This document shows positions 1-11,389 of a stretch of DNA of 64,000 nt, piece after piece. A model generated the notes under the pieces. That model did not search any database. It had not been told where the DNA came from and worked only from the letters and a program-made list of their open reading frames with translations. This DNA comes from Octopus vulgaris (Eukaryota): contig OX597824.1 in assembly GCA_951406725.2 (NCBI GenBank), forward strand, positions 62,744,001 to 62,808,000, written 5' to 3'. Both the position numbers and the translations under genes were made by a program. Numbering within the stretch: position 1 is the stretch's first letter; every line of letters starts with the position of its first letter.

Positions 1-11
1 TACTATTACCA

Positions 12-165
12 AGACGGTGAGCTGGCAGAATTGTTAGCATGCCGGGCGAAATGCTTAGTGGCACTTCTGAGTCCGAATTACACGGAAGTCGACTTTGGAG
101 TAAAACACAAGTCCCCTCCCCCCCAAACTTCAGGCCTTGTACCTCCAGTAGAAAGGATTATTATA
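12..165 (+). mobile_element. SINE family A (tRNA-type head), internally deleted copy
   Basis: Head AAGACGGTGAGCTGGCAGAATTGTTAGCATGCCGGGCGAAATGCTTAG and GTCGACTTTG match the copies at 18333 and 57747; ends CAGGCCTTGTACC...AGAAAGGATTATTAT. Confidence 0.7.
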
Positions 166-839
166 ACTCTTATTCAAAATTTGGTAGCTTCATGCAAATT
201 TTTATTGCATCAACTGATACACCACTGTGTTGCTGGGATGTGTGCAGCATTGTGTGTTCTTTTTTGTTGCTGGGGTAGTGCAAATACTTACTGGTATTGA
301 ATTGCGTCAGTTTGTTATGTTATGAGGTATGGTTGCATTATTTTGTTGTACTAGTGTTTGCATTGTTTTTTGTGTGTGTAGGTCTGTCTCGCGTACAGCC
401 GGGTGAGGGTGATGTTAGCAGGAACAGCAACAAAATCAGCGTCCCCAAAGAAGATCTCAGAAGCTGCAAAGCAGTGGTAGTTACATTATCAGCGACAACA
501 GCAGTAGCAACAATAGCAGGAATGTTATTGGTGGTTGTGGTAGCAATGACAGCAATAGCAGCGTAAACAGTAGCTGCACTCCTAATAATAATAGCGAGAG
601 CGAAGTTGAAGGAGACAACATTGGCGGCGTGAATAGCAGCGCTGGTAGTAAAAGCAATAGCAATAACAAAGCCACCAAGAACAATTGCAAAATTTCATTC
701 GGGGTCGTCTCTGCGGCAAAAGATTTTTTTTCTCTCTCCCTAGATAGTAAAGCCTCAGAACTGATTGCTTTAGTTTGATTTAGAAAACGTGAGGGAAAAT
801 GGGAAAAGTTTACGCCCACTCGTCAGTAACTCTAGTAAC

Positions 840-1975
840 GACACGGACAATTGTGACAGATGCATTAGTTTCAAACCTAGGTGCTGGGATATGGTCATGG
901 AACTCCATGGTAGAATATTGATCAAGTATCGAAAGTAAGACAGTTTGGCAGGCTCGAAGTCTTATTTAAGACTGACGCCTTGCCAAGCCATAAGCGAAGA
1001 TTTCCTCCTCTTCCCTATGTATTGGGGAAGCAGGGCAATGGAAATTACCATTCAAGATGTGGCACGAGAACCGTGGTGTTCCTTGGTTTACGTGGTTGTT
1101 AAAGGTAGTGAAACTCTCATGGACCTCAAGAGAACCGGAGGTGGAGCTCGACTGGAGGTATTTCTAAATGTAAATCCTGATCAGCAGGTGAGGATCCTCT
1201 ACCTGATCTCCCCGGCGAGTGGAGCAGAGTTACGAATCACTACTGGGAGCAGACAACTGAATTGCCACATCAACAAATGACGGATCACATGCTGGCGTTC
1301 TGCCTAAACAGCAAAAGCAAGAAAAAAGGAAAAAGAAACGAGGGCCCCACCGTTGTCCACACGGCCGCTGCTATGACAACAAAAACAAAAATCAAGTAAA
1401 CGCGGTAAAAACAACAGTGGCTAGTGCAAAACAAGAGAAAATTACATCACTAAAATCCACAACACCATGTATCGCCGTTTGTAGTGGTAGCTTCGTCTTT
1501 GGCGACAGAGGTAGCAGCAGCATCGCCACCGTCCCCACCAATATCAACAAAAGATCGATAGAAAGGACCACACACGGAGTCCTTCAACCCGGCTCTTCCT
1601 AATATCCTTTCTCAAACACACTCACACCTAGATACTCATAGAAATATAGTCTCACCCTAACCGAGAGAGTTTCCACAGACACTGATTCCTCCACATTTCG
1701 AAATGAAGACTTGAAGGATTCCTGCCCCACCAAAAAAAAAAAGAATACAAGGAAGGAGAGAAAAAACGCATTGACTCACACTAACCCTCTCTCAATGAAC
1801 ACGGACACATCAAAAGACAACCCGACCAGCAATACAACCGTGAGCAAAACCATTGCTACCCATACCAGTGCCATCAATACTATTGGAATCCCACGTCGCT
1901 CTAGAAACAAAAGTCGCACTGCAACAGACAGTTACATAAACGCCAGATTTTCTGCTAATGACGAGAGCCAATGAA
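840..1975 (+). mobile_element. Decayed gag-like ORF1 of a non-LTR (probably L1/Tx1-type) retrotransposon
   Basis: Protein-like ORF 945-1280 followed by a frameshifted CCHC-knuckle remnant (C-H-I...T-D-H-M-L-A-F-C, 1263-1303), then K/T/P-rich low-complexity coding-like sequence typical of ORF1 C-termini. Confidence 0.4.
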
Positions 1976-2427
1976 GAAATGATGGCCCGAAATAAAAACG
2001 TTGAGAGAGTGGGTGCAATTTACGACACCAGCACTTTTAGATTGTCAAATACTGTAATGTGTCACGAGAGATGTACAAAACATTAGGGTGAATCTATTCA
2101 TAGAAGAACAGAATGGATTAAGCAGAGAAGGAACATACACGAGGACGGAAAGTGTCACTAAAGAGGTCACAAATGTATGACAAAGGATTTCCGGACAATA
2201 GACATGAGTTAAAATAAGAACAGTAATAAACGAGTAACGAACGAATATATAGTGAGTGTGCTTATTTCATAAAATAAGATACATACATATAATAGAAATA
2301 TTACAGCGTCTGTTTCAACCTATGCTTTCACATGTGGAATCTTGCAACACAAATACATAAATGTAATTTCTGTTGTTGTTGCTGCTGCTGTTGTTGTTTC
2401 TATTCTTGTTGTTTTTCTTGTTGTTAT

Positions 2428-2780
2428 GATTGAGTGAGAGAGGGGTACACGCCATCAAATTGATGTTGGGGTAGAAATATACGAAGTTGAGTATACCCAT
2501 CATGACTACCCGCTTGATAAGGCAACACCAGGCGCATGCATTTCAACCAAAAGTACGTGAGATTGTTATGTCATATGAAGATAAACATGCATGACCTTTC
2601 AAGTGGGGCCCGGTTGGAATTTCCTTCGGCTCTAGCAGCCCATCCCGCTCAAAGGATCTGTGAATAAGGTCTGTTTAAGGATTATTAACGAAACACTTAT
2701 GTTCCCAGAGATGGGTTACTTAAATTCCGAAGAATTCCCATATGAAGCTCTTCCTCTACAGGTCCTCATGATCAGGATGT
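2428..2780 (-). repeat. Truncated copy of the ~530 bp trinucleotide-embedded interspersed element (same family as 63330-63858)
   Basis: Colinear similarity with 63330-63670 (CATCATGACTACCCG, AGGCGCATGCAT, TGGGGCCC); abuts a degenerate (TTG)n tract at 2369-2428. Confidence 0.75.
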
Positions 2781-3857
2781 ATATATCTTACGTAGTTACT
2801 TCTCTTCCTAACACTATTAGGTTCAAAGCGTTTGGCTTCACTTCAGTAAATATAGACGGCTTTGAACCTGATAAAACTAAACTATTATGGATCTTAGTGT
2901 AGAAAGACGTGTTTTGAAAAATGGCTTGTTTGACATCGAAATTCATTGTTTTTCTTATACGCGTACCTATGTTTGAATATATGTGTGTGTATGAGTGTGT
3001 GAATGCGTGAGTGAATGTGAGTATGTCTCCACAGAGACAGAGTGAGTGAAACGAAGAGAAAGAGAGTTGGCGTATTTATTTTGCTTTTGCTGTATGTAGG
3101 AAGAGAAGCAGAGCTTAAATGTTTACATACTATCTATATTTGGCGAAAGTAATGTATTATTTGTTATTTCTTTCTATCTTCACGCCGATAATTTCTCATT
3201 CCACTGCGACGCTAACAGCAGCTGGAAGAGGGGTTTTCAATAATAACTGCTGCAATCTGCTGCCTTATATAAATACCTGCAACAATACTAACGTTAAACT
3301 CTAAACGTTCATTATATATTTGACAAGAAATGACTGCAGAAATTACGACTGTGTTAGTGATGTCAAAAGTAAGAGCAACAAACACGGCGATAATGAAGAC
3401 CAGCGAGAGAGCGAAAATTGTATGTACACGAGCTCTCATTGCAGACATGGGTTTGTACCACAATGTGATAGACGAAAGCATAGATGTAAAACATGAGATG
3501 CAATATAGTCATTCATATCCTAGAAGAATAAGATAGAATAAAACAATACATTCTCAAATATGAAACGTCTCTCAAACTGCTCAGATCGAAAAATAAGAAA
3601 GGATCAGCAATTCGATGGCATTCTCAAAAACATTTTACCTCCACAGGAAAATTCACGATCTCTAGAATGATCAACTGGTTTACGAATAAGTTTATGAATG
3701 GAGAAATTGAATAAGAACGCAGAGTTCAATTTGGCTTTACACTAAAAAGATTGAAAGAAAAGGCATATATATTCCGAAAAGTGTCGATAAATGTTTTATT
3801 CATCGCTATCACATTAGGTTGTTATGTTATCCGGAGACGTTACTTTTCTCTTTTTGT

Positions 3858-5880
3858 GTAAGTAAATGGTAAATTAAAATGCTTACATTATATTGACTGA
3901 AATGTTAAATCTAATATATTTTTCTTTATTTTCAGTCTGTGAATATGTCTACAGGCTGCACCAATTCACCAGATATATTCTGCTATGTCTGCGGGCAATT
4001 CACCCCTTCAGATTCCAGGAGCAATATTACTCGCTTGTTGAAGCGCTGCTGTTTAACTTAGTTTGGCTGCAAACTGGAAGACCAAGACAAGCTATTTGTA
4101 CCTCAAAAAGCCTGAAAGAGTTGCATCGGTAATCTTCAAATGGGGTCAGTTGGGAAACTTAAATGTATGCTCTTTGGAGTACTAATGGTATGGCGGGGGT
4201 AGATGAACCACTATGATGACTGCTACTTTTGTATGACTAAAGTAGCTGGATTCAATAAGAAGACTAAAAATCATATAATATACCCAAATATTCCTTCATC
4301 AATAAGGCCTGTTCCACACTCAGCTTATATACCTGTACCTGTGCCACCTGAGACACGGCAAATTTCATCAGAGTCTGATACTAGTGATACTAATGGGATG
4401 GAAGTTGACTATGAGCCGCCAACAAGTTACGATCTCAAATTCTTCAACCAAATTGAATTGAATGGTTTCGTTAGAGATCATAACCTACCAAAAGAAAGAG
4501 CACAGTTACTTGGCTCTAGACTGCAGGAACACAAGCTTCTAGCTCCTGGAAGAACAGTCGCTTGGTGTCGTGTCATCGCGTAGCGGAATTCACTCAGTTC
4601 TCTGAGAAAGAGGCTTCTTTATATTTCTGTTCAAATATTTCTGACTTTATTAAACACATACGAATGTCGTACGAAGCAGATGAATGGAGGCTCTTCATTG
4701 ATTCTTATAACAGAAGTTTAAAGGCTGTTCTTCTCTATAGTATCAACACAGCTGCATCTGTGTTAATCGACCATAGTACCCAAATGTCAGAACCTTACGA
4801 AAATAAGAAGACAGTAATAACAGCAATCAAGGAACATAACCACAACTTGCACTTTTGTGGTGATATAAAATGTATTGTAGGTCTTCTAGGGGGATACACT
4901 AAGTATCCCTGTTGTCTGTGCCTTTGGGATAATAGGGCAGACAGCCAGCACTATGAACAAGAAGACTAGCCACCAAGAACTATCTTCTTACCCGGAAACG
5001 TGAAAGCTGTGCTATTATTTCTACTGCCACCACTCCACATCAAATTAGGGCTTTTTGCGGAAGAATGTAACTGCTCTCAAGTACCTGGTATCAAAGTGAA
5101 GGCAAGCTAAATGCAGGAATTTTAGTTGGCCCTCAGATTTGGGTATTGATGAGGGACAAGCATTTTGAGGAAGCATTAGCAGGTGTTGAAGTGAATGCCT
5201 GATTTTCCTTCAAGAAGATTTAGCAAAACTTCTTGGGAAACAGCATCTCCTCAGAATATGAAAAGAATGATCCAAGACCTGATACCAAGTTCCTAACAAC
5301 TTGGATCTAGAATAAGTGTGAAGATGCTTCTTTTGCACTCGCATCTTGACTATTTTCCAAAGAATTGTGGGTACTACAGTGTGGAACAAGGAGAACCTTC
5401 CATGAATGTATTTGCACCATGGAAACTCAATACCAAGGCAAATGGAATATCAGCATGGTGGGGAATTACTGCTGGTTATTAAAACATGATGTTCTTGATG
5501 CACAGTACAAGCGGAAATCAAAGCGGTCCTCCTTCCTTTAAATCAATATGTAAGCATAATTTTTTACATTCATTTGGCTTGATGTTGATAATTCTGATTC
5601 ATTTCATTATGAACGTGGTTCATTTCATGTTGATTTGGAAAACATATGTTCTTAAAACTAACAGAATGAGCTTTTCCTTGATTACTTGTTTCATTTTAGT
5701 AAAGTAACAATTTATCAAAAATTTACATTCTTTTATTATTATTAATTTGTATTTTATTCAACATCCTTATATGACATAGCAAAATGGTTTAGATATTTAA
5801 GTCAGCAATCCAAGAATATGTAACAGCACATCCATGAATAAAAATAAAATTGTTTTTAAATCCCAAATGCAGATCAGCGT
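3858..5880 (+). mobile_element. Chapaev3-type (CMC superfamily) DNA transposon, decayed
   Basis: Contains the transposase pseudogene at 3945-5541; a possible right terminus GCAGATCAGCG near 5869-5879; left terminus not identified. Confidence 0.65.
3945..5541 (+). pseudogene. Chapaev3-like transposase pseudogene
   Basis: Reads MSTGCTNSPDIFCYVCGQFT...EDQDK...FGVLMVWR..NHYDDCYFC...YPNIPSSIRPVPHS...WRLFIDS.NRSLKAVLL...GYTKYPCCLCLWDNRA...LPPLHIKLG...YQGKWNISMVGNYCWLLK; several stops and frameshifts. Confidence 0.8.
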
Positions 5881-6448
5881 TATAGACTTCTATCATTTTA
5901 TTTAGTGTGAGAATGTCTGCACAAAACAATATCCCTTTTTCAGTACTTTACATGCAAACCTAAGAGCATAGTTATAGTAACAGACAAAGTACAATTACTA
6001 TCAAAATATTTTAAAAAATCAAAAATAAGGAACTAGACTAAAAAGAAAGGAATTGGTTGATTATAAATTACATTTCTATCCTCATGGTCACATTATAGGG
6101 AATGAAGTGCAAAAAAGATTGACGAGTTAAATTAAGAATTTATGATAAATTTAAGATAAATTAAGAATTTAAGTTAAATTAAAGAATTGAGATAATAAAG
6201 TGATGAAGACTGACCATTTCAGTATTTACCACCACTTGATTTGATTCTGTGAGAGATCTACATGTCTCCCTATCCTTCGCGATGAAGCAACTGCCTCCAT
6301 TCTATACTCGAATCGACCTCTATATAGAGCAAATGTATTACCGACTAGTTTTTATATTATTTTTTGAAGCACTTAGAAAAATTAGAAGGTTTATTAAACC
6401 TCACCCCACTGCATATACATACTTTTTCATATACCAACGTAGAAGGTA

Positions 6449-6492
<44 letters not shown>

Positions 6493-6608
6493 ATTTATAC
6501 ATACCTACAAATATTACCACTGCTTTTACAGTTTAAATAGGTACTAATATATGTTGGGTTAAAAATCAAAAGCACTCATGTGTGTGTGTAATGTATTAGA
6601 CATATTAT

Positions 6609-6664
<56 letters not shown>

Positions 6665-7384
6665 TCACATATACAATGGAATAGACAGACCGGGAACACA
6701 GAGACACAGACAGATGCAAATATGCCAGAATTGTAGAATTAAACAAGTATTCGCTTGGTTACAAGTATTCTGCAAAATTCCATCTATTACCGTGGATACG
6801 AATACAAAAGGATGTCCGCTGGCTTTTATATTAACGATTCATCGTATGAAATGTTTATTTTACATCCATAAACTAAAACCATAATAAGAAAAATGATTTT
6901 TCTCTTAAAATCCTGCCACTGGCAAATCTATTTTATTCCATATCATTGCAAGTCTGTTGTGCATAGTCTTTCACTTGAGTGGATAACATAACTTCAATAT
7001 GTATGGTTTTATATCTTGTTGTGGTATCTGAAATTATGAAATCTATAAAGGTAGAAAAAATTATGTAACTAAGTGAATTCAGTTAAACTAACTGATGCCT
7101 CTTCTCTCTCTATACGTAGTAAGTTAATACCTTGAGCTGTGGCTGTTTTTGTTCTGGAGTGTAGTAGTGATGATCAGACTATCCAATAATTTGAATGTTG
7201 TTGATATTTATAAGGCTTGCGCTATATATATAGAAATATATTTTCTATCACCGACCTTTCACCTACTAAACATTCATATCCATCCATAAAGTCTTATACA
7301 TGTATATATATGTGCGCCTGTGTTTCTGCCCGTGTGTGTATCGGTACATATATGCACACACACATACATATATATATATGCATA

Positions 7385-7826
7385 ATAGTTAAACAGGACA
7401 ACAAACATTAAGGCAAGGCAACCATCTGAAGTCGTATATAATATTATTACTAGAAAAAATTCAAAATATTATAGCTGTTTCTGGGATATGCCCGAGTATG
7501 AGATATCACGTCATCAAAGACAAATAGGGAAAATCAGGGGAAATGAGAATGATATACATTAACAAGAAGTCGCCATAGAGGAAGGGAGTAAGGGAATATG
7601 GAAATGGAAAGAAAAAAGGAAAAGGAAGCATAAAAGTTCATAGTTCAATTTTCCTAAGTTAGAGAAACAAGAACATAAGTCCTTAGGTGCAGTCCTGCGT
7701 AGACCCACGTGGATTAAAATCCTGATATAGTAGACATCCAGGGAAGAAAGACGCGAACGTATCAAGTTTCAATAATCAGTTACAGCAATTAGCTGGTGCT
7801 TAGATTACGTGTGAAATAAGCCACCA

Positions 7827-7830
<4 letters not shown>
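7385..7830 (-). mobile_element. Probable Penelope-like pseudo-LTR remnant with degenerate hammerhead motif
   Basis: Minus strand 7522-7470: TTGATGA-cgtGATAT...ATATCcca-GAAACAGCT; lies between TA-rich microsatellites. Confidence 0.4.
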
Positions 7831-7873
<43 letters not shown>

Positions 7874-7877
<4 letters not shown>

Positions 7878-8098
7878 ATCCAAACAAGAAAACACACAAA
7901 AAACACAACAACGCGAGGACGTGGAACAAATATAGTATTATTGGACGCTCAGGAAAGAAGGGAAGAAGGAGGGTTTAAAGTTTCGAGCAGAGCTCTTCGT
8001 CGGAAACATAGGAGAAGGAAAGATCCAGAGAAGGGAAGACAGAAGAAAAAAAATCGCCAACAGTACACACGAGGTCACATTTTGAAAGGTCACATTTT
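7874..8098 (-). mobile_element. Penelope-like pseudo-LTR fragment
   Basis: Short interspersed segment between (TA)n tracts carrying a minimal hammerhead motif at 7973-8007. Confidence 0.55.
7973..8007 (-). ncRNA. Minimal type I hammerhead-ribozyme motif (Penelope-associated)
   Basis: GTTT-CCGACGA-a-GAGC tct GCTC-GAAA-cttt-AAAC: short stem I, CCGANGA core variant, stem II GAGC/GCTC, GAAA; stem III appears mutated. Confidence 0.55.
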
Positions 8099-8099
8099 G

Positions 8100-8172
<73 letters not shown>

Positions 8173-8190
8173 GTATTATATGTATGTATG

Positions 8191-8237
<47 letters not shown>

Positions 8238-8315
8238 TTAAATTCTTAAATCCTTAAAAATGTTTTAGCCCGAAGGCCGCGGCCATACTGGGGCACCACC
8301 GCTGAATGAGCTACA

Positions 8316-10454
8316 CTAATTTGTGAATCCACCTCTGATACGTGGCACTTGATCAACAAGGGAGTTCGATGCTGCTGCCCGCATCCGCGTCTCCTGTCGT
8401 GAGGTAGGCTCATCTGGGACTCCCGACAAGAAGAGATCCAGTTTAGTTTTAAAGAAACCCACATCCACACCATGTAAGTCTCTCAGGCATTTAGGGAGGA
8501 TGTTAAAGAGCTGTGGTCCTCTGAAACCCAAGCTGTTGCAGTATCTGGACCTGTATTTTGATGGTGATGTTGGAATCCTTGGCACCATGCAGTGGCGCCC
8601 CGTTCTGCGGTTGGAGTAACTTTGAATGCCAAAGTTTGGGACAAGACCCTCCAGGATTTTCCAGATGTATATCACCGCATGTCTCTCCCGCCTCCGCTCT
8701 AGGGAGAAGAGGTTTAATACCTTCAGTCTTTTCCAGTAGCTGATATTTTGCATTGAGACGATTTTCTTTGTGTAGCTTCTCTGAATTGCTTCGAGTTCTG
8801 TTGTTAGTTTTATATTGTGTGGTGACCAAAGTTGGGAGCAGTAGTCCAAGCGGCTGAGGACGAATGTTTTCCATAGGACCATCAGTGTCTCCTTCTCTCT
8901 TGTTCTGAAAGTTCGGAGAATCCATCCAGCTAGCCGTCTGCATTTTATCACGAGATTAGCAATATGCATTTGGAAAGTTGCATCATTGCTCATGTCAATG
9001 CCCAGGTCACGCACTGATTTTGACTCAGGGATTGCAATTCTTCCTGGGCCAGTGTATCCAGTCTTCACGTCATTTACCTTTGTGTGCCAGTAGCGCAGGG
9101 CCTGGAACTTACCTGCATTAAACTGCATGTTGTTGTCCTCAGCCCACCTGTATATTGTGTCCAGCTCATGTTGCAGATGCGCAATATTTTCAGGGTTTTG
9201 TATTGCGTGGGAGACTTTTGTATCATCTGCATAGCTAGCAAGGGTGGTCATCGTAGCAACTGAAGGCATGTCTGAAAGGGCCACTATGAACATCAGTGGC
9301 CCCAAGACAGTGCCCTGTGGGACACCGCTTGTTATTTGCGTTTCCTTGGAGGTGGCTCCATTGCTCACAACTGCCTGTTTTCTGTCTTTTAGGAAGTTGT
9401 GCAGCCACTCTCCAAGTTTCCCGCCTATGCCGAGACCACGCAGATTGTGACAGATCATACCATGGTCGACTTTATCAAAGGCTTTTGCAAAGTCGAGATA
9501 TATTACATCCACATTTGAGCCATTCAGTAGCTGTTTCAACACCCAGTCATAGTGTTGCAGGAGCTGTGTTAGGCAGCCTCTACCTGGTCGAAATCCATGC
9601 TGGGTGTCAGACAGCAAGTCATTTTCTTCAAGGAACATGATTAGTTTCTTACGGACTATTCGTTCCATGACTTTGCTGATGTGTGAGGTCAGAGAGATAG
9701 GCCTATAATTTTTAGCATCTGCTCTGCTACCTCCCTTATGGATAGGGCATGTTACCCCCTCTTTCAATTTGACTGGGAGCTTACCACATGCAAGAAAGCT
9801 CTGAAAAAGAAGCTGTAGCGGTTTTGCAAGGGCTCGTTTGCACGATTTGAGAAGGATCGCTGGGAATCCATCAGGTCCAGCAGCTGAGTTTGTGTCAATC
9901 TCATCTATGGATAGTGTGATATCATCATCTTCGATGTTGATGTACTCAATTTTTGCCTCTTTGGCCGCAGGTAAAGTGGCAAAGAATTCTTCTGGGTTGT
10001 TTACTTGCCTGTGTCCTACAGGTGTAGTGAACACACTTTGGAACTGTTCGTTCAGTATTTCACTTATCCTCGTGGGATTTCCTATGAGAGAGCCATCTTT
10101 TTGGAAGAGAGGTTCTATTCTCTGGTGCACTGTGGCTGTCTCTTTGGAAAACTTAAAGAAAGCTTTAGGGTTTGATTTTATATTTTCTATTACCCAAGCT
10201 TCTTTATCTGCTCTCTCCTTTTCATGGGACTGATGTAGACTTTTCTCAGTTTCCATTAGCATTCTTTCGAGCCGAGACTTCTCACCACTTTTGGTGTGCT
10301 TGCTCAGGCGGCTTGCAATCCTTGTCCGTCGTTTCATAAGAATCCTCCTTTCTCTAGGGATCCTGTTTTTGTTCTTGTGTGTGCTGGCCCTGCACACTGG
10401 GACATATTTGTCACATATGGCTTGTATTATGGACATGAAGTGTTTGTGTTTCAT
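8316..10454 (-). CDS. LINE ORF2 reverse transcriptase portion (712 aa open)
   Basis: AAGPDG, NYRPISLTS, QHGFRPGR, YLDFAKAFDKVDH, GVPQGTVLGP, YADDTK, RDLG, LDYCSQLWSP, YWKRLKVLNLFSLERRR (CR1-type C-terminus). Confidence 0.95.
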   Translation of the reverse strand: MKHKHFMSIIQAICDKYVPVCRASTHKNKNRIPRERRILMKRRTRIASRLSKHTKSGEKSRLERMLMETEKSLHQSHEKERADKEAWVIENIKSNPKAFFKFSKETATVHQRIEPLFQKDGSLIGNPTRISEILNEQFQSVFTTPVGHRQVNNPEEFFATLPAAKEAKIEYINIEDDDITLSIDEIDTNSAAGPDGFPAILLKSCKRALAKPLQLLFQSFLACGKLPVKLKEGVTCPIHKGGSRADAKNYRPISLTSHISKVMERIVRKKLIMFLEENDLLSDTQHGFRPGRGCLTQLLQHYDWVLKQLLNGSNVDVIYLDFAKAFDKVDHGMICHNLRGLGIGGKLGEWLHNFLKDRKQAVVSNGATSKETQITSGVPQGTVLGPLMFIVALSDMPSVATMTTLASYADDTKVSHAIQNPENIAHLQHELDTIYRWAEDNNMQFNAGKFQALRYWHTKVNDVKTGYTGPGRIAIPESKSVRDLGIDMSNDATFQMHIANLVIKCRRLAGWILRTFRTREKETLMVLWKTFVLSRLDYCSQLWSPHNIKLTTELEAIQRSYTKKIVSMQNISYWKRLKVLNLFSLERRRERHAVIYIWKILEGLVPNFGIQSYSNRRTGRHCMVPRIPTSPSKYRSRYCNSLGFRGPQLFNILPKCLRDLHGVDVGFFKTKLDLFLSGVPDEPTSRQETRMRAAASNSLVDQVPRIRGGFTN

Positions 10455-10456
10455 GT

Positions 10457-11389
10457 TTATGTCCGGTGTGGAGAGACATTCAGGCCAATCCAGTTAGCTT
10501 TATGAAAGTTTAAGTTGGAGAGATGGTGGGTGCTTCGTATAGGCTGTGTGTCTACGGGGGCTTTTGTTCCATACATAGACAGCTCTAAAATGTTGTGATC
10601 CGAGATCATTGTCGGCATCACATTAACATTATGGATAATATCCATATTGTTTGTGAAGCAGAGATCCAGTATCTTATCTGCCCTTGTTGGTTGCAGAACT
10701 ATTTGCTCCATGAAAGAGGCATTTGTGAGATGGAGCAGGGACTCCACCTGCGCCTGCTGATGGTGTGTCATCCCTGGGAGCATCTGCACCCCAGGCCATT
10801 CCACATTGGGGAGGTTAAAGTCACCCATGAAGAATACACTGTTGTGCTGTTCAAGGTTGGTGAGGACTTCTCCTATTTTTGTTAGGCAGTCTTCAAACAT
10901 GCCTGACTGTTTTGGGGCATCTGGTGGGCGATATGTAGTGCATATGACGATATTCAGTTGCCTTATGTGTACAATTTGAGTTTCACATACTGAGTTTGAA
11001 TATGACAGCAGGACCTGGGGCGTGAGGTCATCTCGGATGTACAGTGCAACTCCACCATGGCTCCTCCCTTTTCTATCTGTGCGTATGACTGCATATTGCG
11101 GCATGTGTATTTCTGCATCACCTATATCGGGTTCAAGATGCGTTTCTGTGAGTGCCATGCATATAGCTTGATTGCATGTCACAAGGTCTCTCAGGAATGA
11201 AATTTTCTTTTTACAGTTTCCGCGCAGCAGCCCTCCTACATTCAGTAGAAATATTTTTGTGGTGTGTGTGTTGGTGTTGGTGTCTGTGGTGGCCATCCTG
11301 CATCTGTTGGAGGTGGCCTTATGTGGTGGTAGTTCCAGCTTTGTGCTTGTAGCCAGGTCAGCTGCTGAACAATTTTTTGTGCCATGCAC
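10457..11389 (-). CDS. LINE ORF2 apurinic-endonuclease portion (separated from RT by a frameshift)
   Basis: LLNVGGL, LTETHL, GGVALYI, YRPP, GDFNLP, ILDLCFTN, SDHN motifs. Confidence 0.92.
   Translation of the reverse strand: MHGTKNCSAADLATSTKLELPPHKATSNRCRMATTDTNTNTHTTKIFLLNVGGLLRGNCKKKISFLRDLVTCNQAICMALTETHLEPDIGDAEIHMPQYAVIRTDRKGRSHGGVALYIRDDLTPQVLLSYSNSVCETQIVHIRQLNIVICTTYRPPDAPKQSGMFEDCLTKIGEVLTNLEQHNSVFFMGDFNLPNVEWPGVQMLPGMTHHQQAQVESLLHLTNASFMEQIVLQPTRADKILDLCFTNNMDIIHNVNVMPTMISDHNILELSMYGTKAPVDTQPIRSTHHLSNLNFHKANWIGLNVSPHRT

Noticed and set aside
425-690. Ala/Thr/Val-rich or Leu-rich membrane-like ORFs
   Set aside because: Degenerate (AGC/AAC)n low-complexity sequence upstream of a retroelement remnant.
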